Part shown: in pieces, positions 59,778 through 64,000 of the stretch
How the letters are laid out: the number at the start of each line of letters is the position of its first letter
How positions within the stretch are numbered: position 1 is the first letter of the stretch
The notes under the pieces: generated by a model
The model's database searches: none
The model's input: only the letters and a program-made list of their open reading frames with translations
What the model was told of the DNA's origin: nothing
DNA from: Desulfomonilia bacterium
GTDB lineage: Bacteria; Desulfobacterota; Desulfomonilia; UBA1062
Length of the DNA: 64,000 nt
Assembly: GCA_963664325.2 (NCBI GenBank)
Contig: CAXXDQ010000007.1
Coordinates: 960,001-1,024,000, forward strand
Reading direction: 5' to 3'
Position numbers and translations under genes: made by a program

Positions 59778-61046
59778 GTGAATCAAGCGATTATCGATGA
59801 AGTCACAAGGCATTATCTGGAGTCGGGTGATTTCAATGGTTATCCTGTTTACACCTTAAAGAAGCAGTTTGATGTCGATGACGAAACCGTAAAAGCACTT
59901 CTTCGGGAGCTAATCGTCACTCGAAAGATCGATGTTGTATTTGGAAACATTCACCCAAACCCGCATATAAAAGCATTTTCCGATACGTCAGCAGAACAAC
60001 AAGTCGAGTTTCTCAGTCAACTTGAGTTTAATGACCACTTTTGCTTATACCCCTCCAAGGAAACTCTTGGCGATCTTTCACAAAGACCAAATTTCAGCAA
60101 TGAGCCGTACACTGAGCAACTAGCGCTTGGTGATGGGCAGTTGGACTTTCGGGTATTCGATCTCTCCGTTCTCGAGCACTACCGGAATGACCCAAGGTAT
60201 TACTATCAAACAGATTTTATTAACGGCCAGATTTCCGTAATAGATGAATATTTCGAGTCTGAATCCATGCCTGAACATGATCAGGTATTGCTGCAAACCT
60301 TCGGGTTTGCTCATGACAAAGAGTTAAATAGGGCAGTTGCTGTTTTCTTGCGTTATCTATCAGATCTCAGTCCGGAGCATCAAAAGATTTGGAAGTCCAA
60401 AGAGTTACAGGGCGATTTTCAACTTCACCCGGATTATTTAAGAAATAGTATGGGTCATTGGGGTACGAGAATGTCCATCTTTGAAGCATTCAATCAGGAA
60501 ATGATCACAATAAATGAGATGGCAGTCTTGATGGATAAGCCACCTCTTTTTCGCAAAACCTACGAGCATGATTATCCCCGCAACTTTGGGTTTCTTCTTC
60601 GGCCTACCCTCGCGGAATTTAATGCCTTTGTCCTGTTGCTAGACAAGCTAATGTCCGATAACTTAAACAAGAATTTTTTCTCGCCGGAATTGGAGCTTGA
60701 AGAAGATCACTTGCGGAACGATGAGAGAGTAGAGGTAAGGCAGAAAGGAACAATCGCTCTACTTGATGAATGGGTACATCGCTATTTCAGGCCTCAAGAA
60801 CCTGAGCCGCTAGACCGGATGATAGCTACGTTTCGGAAAGTTCGTTCTTTGCGGCAAACGCCAGCGCATTCGATTAAAGAAGATGAATTCTACCAAAAAT
60901 ATTTCCACGAACAGCGGTCTTTAATGATTGACGCGTACGGTGCGATTCGAACTCTCCGGTTGGTACTTGCGAATCACCCCAATGTCAAAGCAAACCCGCC
61001 AGAGATTAACGAATTAATTTACGAAGGAAAAATATGGACAGTATAG
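59778..61046 (+). CDS. Cassette 2 protein with a C-terminal HEPN-like RxxxxH motif (candidate defence effector)
   Basis: 422-aa ORF between two attC sites; RQTPAH at 60852-60869 in a helical context. Confidence 0.75.
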   Translation: MNQAIIDEVTRHYLESGDFNGYPVYTLKKQFDVDDETVKALLRELIVTRKIDVVFGNIHPNPHIKAFSDTSAEQQVEFLSQLEFNDHFCLYPSKETLGDLSQRPNFSNEPYTEQLALGDGQLDFRVFDLSVLEHYRNDPRYYYQTDFINGQISVIDEYFESESMPEHDQVLLQTFGFAHDKELNRAVAVFLRYLSDLSPEHQKIWKSKELQGDFQLHPDYLRNSMGHWGTRMSIFEAFNQEMITINEMAVLMDKPPLFRKTYEHDYPRNFGFLLRPTLAEFNAFVLLLDKLMSDNLNKNFFSPELELEEDHLRNDERVEVRQKGTIALLDEWVHRYFRPQEPEPLDRMIATFRKVRSLRQTPAHSIKEDEFYQKYFHEQRSLMIDAYGAIRTLRLVLANHPNVKANPPEINELIYEGKIWTV

Positions 61047-61047
61047 G

Positions 61048-61127
61048 CGCTAACAATGTCGTAAACTCGGACGCATTTTTCGTTTGCTACGCTCACTACA
61101 AATGCGCCGGTTACGCCTGCGTTTGCA
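61048..61127 (+). repeat. attC site 2 (80 bp)
   Basis: R'' CGCTAAC, CGTAAACTCGGACGCATTT pairing with AAATGCGCCGGTTACG, R' GTTTGCA. Confidence 0.85.
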
Positions 61128-61338
61128 TCTCCCGCGAAGACATTTAATTCTTAAAGCCTGTAAAAATCAGGGTCTTCGTAAGTTATATGTAGTTAAAATA
61201 TCAAAAGCAAAAGTCCATGTCTTGGCACGTTATGGTTAGAAAAGACCTTTTTTTACCGAGGGGGATTAGATATGCGAAGTTATAGCGCCTTATAATTTCC
61301 GCTCTTCATTCAACATGATGCATATAAATCAACATCAG

Positions 61339-61465
61339 GTGTAAGGCGTTAGAACAAAGCATACCGCGAAGTGACGCAGGCGAGAAATGAGACATACTTT
61401 TAACGTATGTCGCAGTGACGAGCCAAGGATGCGACAAAGGTATGTAAAGTTATAACGTCTTACAC
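61339..61465 (+). mobile_element. MITE/REP-like element copy 4
   Basis: Terminal IR GTGTAAGGCGTTAGAAC/GTTATAACGTCTTACAC; central GACATAC-N-GTATGTC hairpin. Confidence 0.72.
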
Positions 61466-61466
61466 A

Positions 61467-63221
61467 TCACCAGAAGATTATGTTCAGTGCTATTGCACAG
61501 ATCAGCACTATTACAGCCAGCAGTACAGGCTTCTTATACCAGGGAAGGCCAGTTTCCCTGATCTTTTCGGTCAGAGAATATACAAGTCCTTTAAGGTCTT
61601 CATCGGATTTCCTGCGCGTTGTCAGCAGGGAAATTATGACTGTCATTGTCAGGCATACTATAAAGGCATAGATCGCTGTCCAGAAATTCTGGGCCATCTC
61701 GCTGTGATATTCGGTGACGACGGTCCCAAGCCACCCGCCCTTTATTCCCGGATAGGAATTCATGGGCAGCGAGAGTCCGTGGTTTATGGCCGCGGCAACC
61801 GTGCCTGAAAGCAGCCCGAAGAAGGCCCCGTGGCCCGTTGTCCTTTTCCAGAACATGCCCAGCATGAAGGTTGCAAAAAGCGGCGCATTGACAAAGGCGC
61901 AGACAAGCTGGAGCATATCGTTGATATTGTTGAAGCTCGCCGCCATATAGGCAGCCCCCATGCTGAGCAGGATTCCCGCAACCGTTGAGGCGCGCCCCAT
62001 CATGAAATAATGCCTGTCTGACTTTCCGGGCCTGATGTAGCTCTGGTAGATATCATAGGTCCAGACCGTGTTGAATGCAGTGACATTGCCTGCCATGCCC
62101 GACATGAAGGAGGCCATCAATGCGGTAAGCCCGAGCCCAAGAAGTCCTGGCGGGAAATAGTGGCCTATCATGACAGGTATGACCATATTGTAATTAAGCG
62201 TGCCGTCTTTGAGAACCGGCAGAAAGTTTTGCCCCAACCCTATGGCCTCATGCGTGGGTATGAACCTGTGCATGCCGCTTGTGTAATTAAGGGCGATCGC
62301 GATCATGCCCGGCAGGATGACGATAAACGGGAAAAGCATCTTGGGAAAGGCCGCGATAAGCGGAGTCCTTCTTGCCGCATTCATGGAGTTTGCGGCCAGG
62401 GCCCTCTGTACGACAAGAAAATCGGTGCACCAGTATCCGAACGAAAGGACAAAACCGAGGCCGAATACCATGCCGAACCATTCGACCCCCATGGGGTTGC
62501 TTGATGAGGAGGCCATCGGACGCCATGACTCCGACCATGTGCCCGGGGCAAAACCGTGCAGTGTGCTTACCGTATTAAGCCTCTCGACAAGCCCGTGCCA
62601 GCCCCCTATGTCGATCAGGCCGATAACGACCAGCGGCAGGAAACCCAGGACAATAAGAAAGAACTGCAGGACCTCGTTATAGATGGCGGACGTAAGCCCG
62701 CCCAGGAATATATAGGCAAGGACAAAAAGCCCGGAGACGACAATGCTGAAATTAAAATTCCAGCCAAGCAGCAGTTCCAGCAGAACGGCAAGCGCATACA
62801 TGGAAATCCCCGAAGAGAATATGGTCATGAATGCGAAAGATATCGCGTTGAAGCCCCTTGTCTTCTCGTCAAACCTGAGCTTGAGGTATTCGGGGACCGA
62901 CCGGACCTTGGAGCCGTAATAAAAAGGCATCATGAACACGCCCATGAACACCATGGCCGGTATCGCCCCGACCCAGTAGAACTGGCTGGTCATGATGCCG
63001 TATTTTGCGCCCGAGGCCGCCATGCCCAGGAGCTCCTGGGCCCCCAGGTTGGCCGATATAAAGGCAAGGCCTGTTATCCATGCGGGAATTGAGCGCCCCG
63101 AGAGGAAGAAGTCCTCGCTTGTTTTCATGTTTCTTTTGAGCATCCACCCTATTCCGAGGACAAATACGAAATAGGTGCAGAGCAGTACGTAATCTACCGT
63201 CGCGAGCTCGATGGCCCTCAT
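61467..63221 (-). CDS. Sodium:solute symporter (SSS) family protein
   Basis: DFFLSGRS, YWCTDFLVVQRALAA, LMASFMS; many TM segments. Confidence 0.95.
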   Translation of the reverse strand: MRAIELATVDYVLLCTYFVFVLGIGWMLKRNMKTSEDFFLSGRSIPAWITGLAFISANLGAQELLGMAASGAKYGIMTSQFYWVGAIPAMVFMGVFMMPFYYGSKVRSVPEYLKLRFDEKTRGFNAISFAFMTIFSSGISMYALAVLLELLLGWNFNFSIVVSGLFVLAYIFLGGLTSAIYNEVLQFFLIVLGFLPLVVIGLIDIGGWHGLVERLNTVSTLHGFAPGTWSESWRPMASSSSNPMGVEWFGMVFGLGFVLSFGYWCTDFLVVQRALAANSMNAARRTPLIAAFPKMLFPFIVILPGMIAIALNYTSGMHRFIPTHEAIGLGQNFLPVLKDGTLNYNMVIPVMIGHYFPPGLLGLGLTALMASFMSGMAGNVTAFNTVWTYDIYQSYIRPGKSDRHYFMMGRASTVAGILLSMGAAYMAASFNNINDMLQLVCAFVNAPLFATFMLGMFWKRTTGHGAFFGLLSGTVAAAINHGLSLPMNSYPGIKGGWLGTVVTEYHSEMAQNFWTAIYAFIVCLTMTVIISLLTTRRKSDEDLKGLVYSLTEKIRETGLPWYKKPVLLAVIVLICAIALNIIFW

Positions 63222-63225
63222 GAGC

Positions 63226-63426
63226 TTAATCCTTCTTCTTGGAAGCCTTCCAGGCCATGCCCGTCATAATGGAACCGAAGGCTACAAGCACGAAACCCCA
63301 CAGGAGGTTGACGTTTATGTCAAGAGAGCGGAAATAGATCTCGGGGTTTGATATGAAACCCCAGGCGACAAGGATAAGCCCCATTATCAGAAACATCAGA
63401 CCGATCGGTGTTCTAATATCCAGCAT
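63226..63426 (-). CDS. Small two-TM membrane protein associated with SSS genes
   Basis: GGAGG RBS; LDIRTPIGLMF..INVNLLWG. Confidence 0.8.
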   Translation of the reverse strand: MLDIRTPIGLMFLIMGLILVAWGFISNPEIYFRSLDINVNLLWGFVLVAFGSIMTGMAWKASKKKD

Positions 63427-63438
63427 AGCGTGCCTCCA

Positions 63439-64000
63439 TTACCAGAAGATTATATTAAGGGCCAGGGCGCAGCCGAGCACTATCACAGCGAGAAGCGCAG
63501 GACGCCGGTACCATGGTATGCCTTCCTCGGTCACGCGGCCGGTCAGGGAATACACAAGCCCCTTCAGTTCTTCGTCGGATTTTTTGCGGGCTGTAAACAT
63601 TGAAATTGCAGCCGTCACAACAAAGCAGGTCGTCCAGGCATAAATGGCGGTCCAGAAATTCTGCGCCATTTCGCTCGGGTAATTGTGTGCTATCGTTCCC
63701 AGCCATCCGCCGTGAATCCCTATTCTGGCAGCATCTGCCGGGAGGGTAAGCCCGTGATGTATGGCCGCCGCGAGCGTACCTGTAAGCAGCCCGAAGAAGG
63801 CCCCGTGGCCGGTTGTCCTTTTCCAGAACATCCCCAGCATGAAAGTTGCGAACAGGGGCGCATTCACGAATGCAAACACCAGCTGCAGCATGTCCATGAT
63901 ATTGTTGAAGCGCGTGGCCAGATAGGCAGTGCCTATGCTGAGCGCAATTCCGACGACGGTGGTGGCCCTTCCGACCCTCAGATAGTGGGTGTCCGGCTTG
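63439..64000 (-). CDS. Second SSS symporter paralog (C-terminal part; runs off the window)
   Basis: LQLVFAFVNAPLFATFMLGMFWKRTTGHGAFFGLL nearly identical to 61467-63221. Confidence 0.92.
   Translation of the reverse strand, partial: KPDTHYLRVGRATTVVGIALSIGTAYLATRFNNIMDMLQLVFAFVNAPLFATFMLGMFWKRTTGHGAFFGLLTGTLAAAIHHGLTLPADAARIGIHGGWLGTIAHNYPSEMAQNFWTAIYAWTTCFVVTAAISMFTARKKSDEELKGLVYSLTGRVTEEGIPWYRRPALLAVIVLGCALALNIIFW

Larger units (their letters stand above)
59322..61127 (+). mobile_element. Integron gene-cassette array (2 cassettes, no intact integrase)
   Basis: Two ORFs each followed by an attC; cassette-start GTT 7-mers complement their own R'' boxes. Confidence 0.85.

Noticed and set aside
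59778-61046. Cassette 2 protein as an AAA ATPase
   Set aside because: No Walker A (GxxxxGK[ST]) motif in the translation

Overview
Bacterial chromosomal segment, most consistent with an anaerobic deltaproteobacterium (Desulfobacterota-like; inferred from gene content only). The left ~36 kb mixes housekeeping genes (uvrB, purB, metG, ribF, ugd, cold-shock protein, tRNA-Leu(CAG)) with regulators and secreted proteins. Downstream of the tRNA is a ~25 kb accessory region of redox enzymes, hydrolases and regulators. The most striking signal is hidden by the ORF track: 47356-48111 (-) is one continuous 251-codon MerB (organomercurial lyase)-like frame interrupted by two in-frame TGA codons. They sit at the positions of the two catalytic cysteines of MerB and each is followed by a SECIS-like hairpin, so this is a predicted double-selenocysteine lyase lying upstream of a thioredoxin. 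Other highlights: a two-cassette integron array (two attC sites, a probable decayed integrase remnant, one cassette with a HEPN-like RxxxxH motif); four copies of a ~125 bp MITE-like family; a 52-bp non-coding tandem array; a sigma-54 promoter with paired activator sites; an unannotated 45-aa ORF; and two genes split by single-base homopolymer insertions. All calls come from reading the sequence by eye; no database searches were run.
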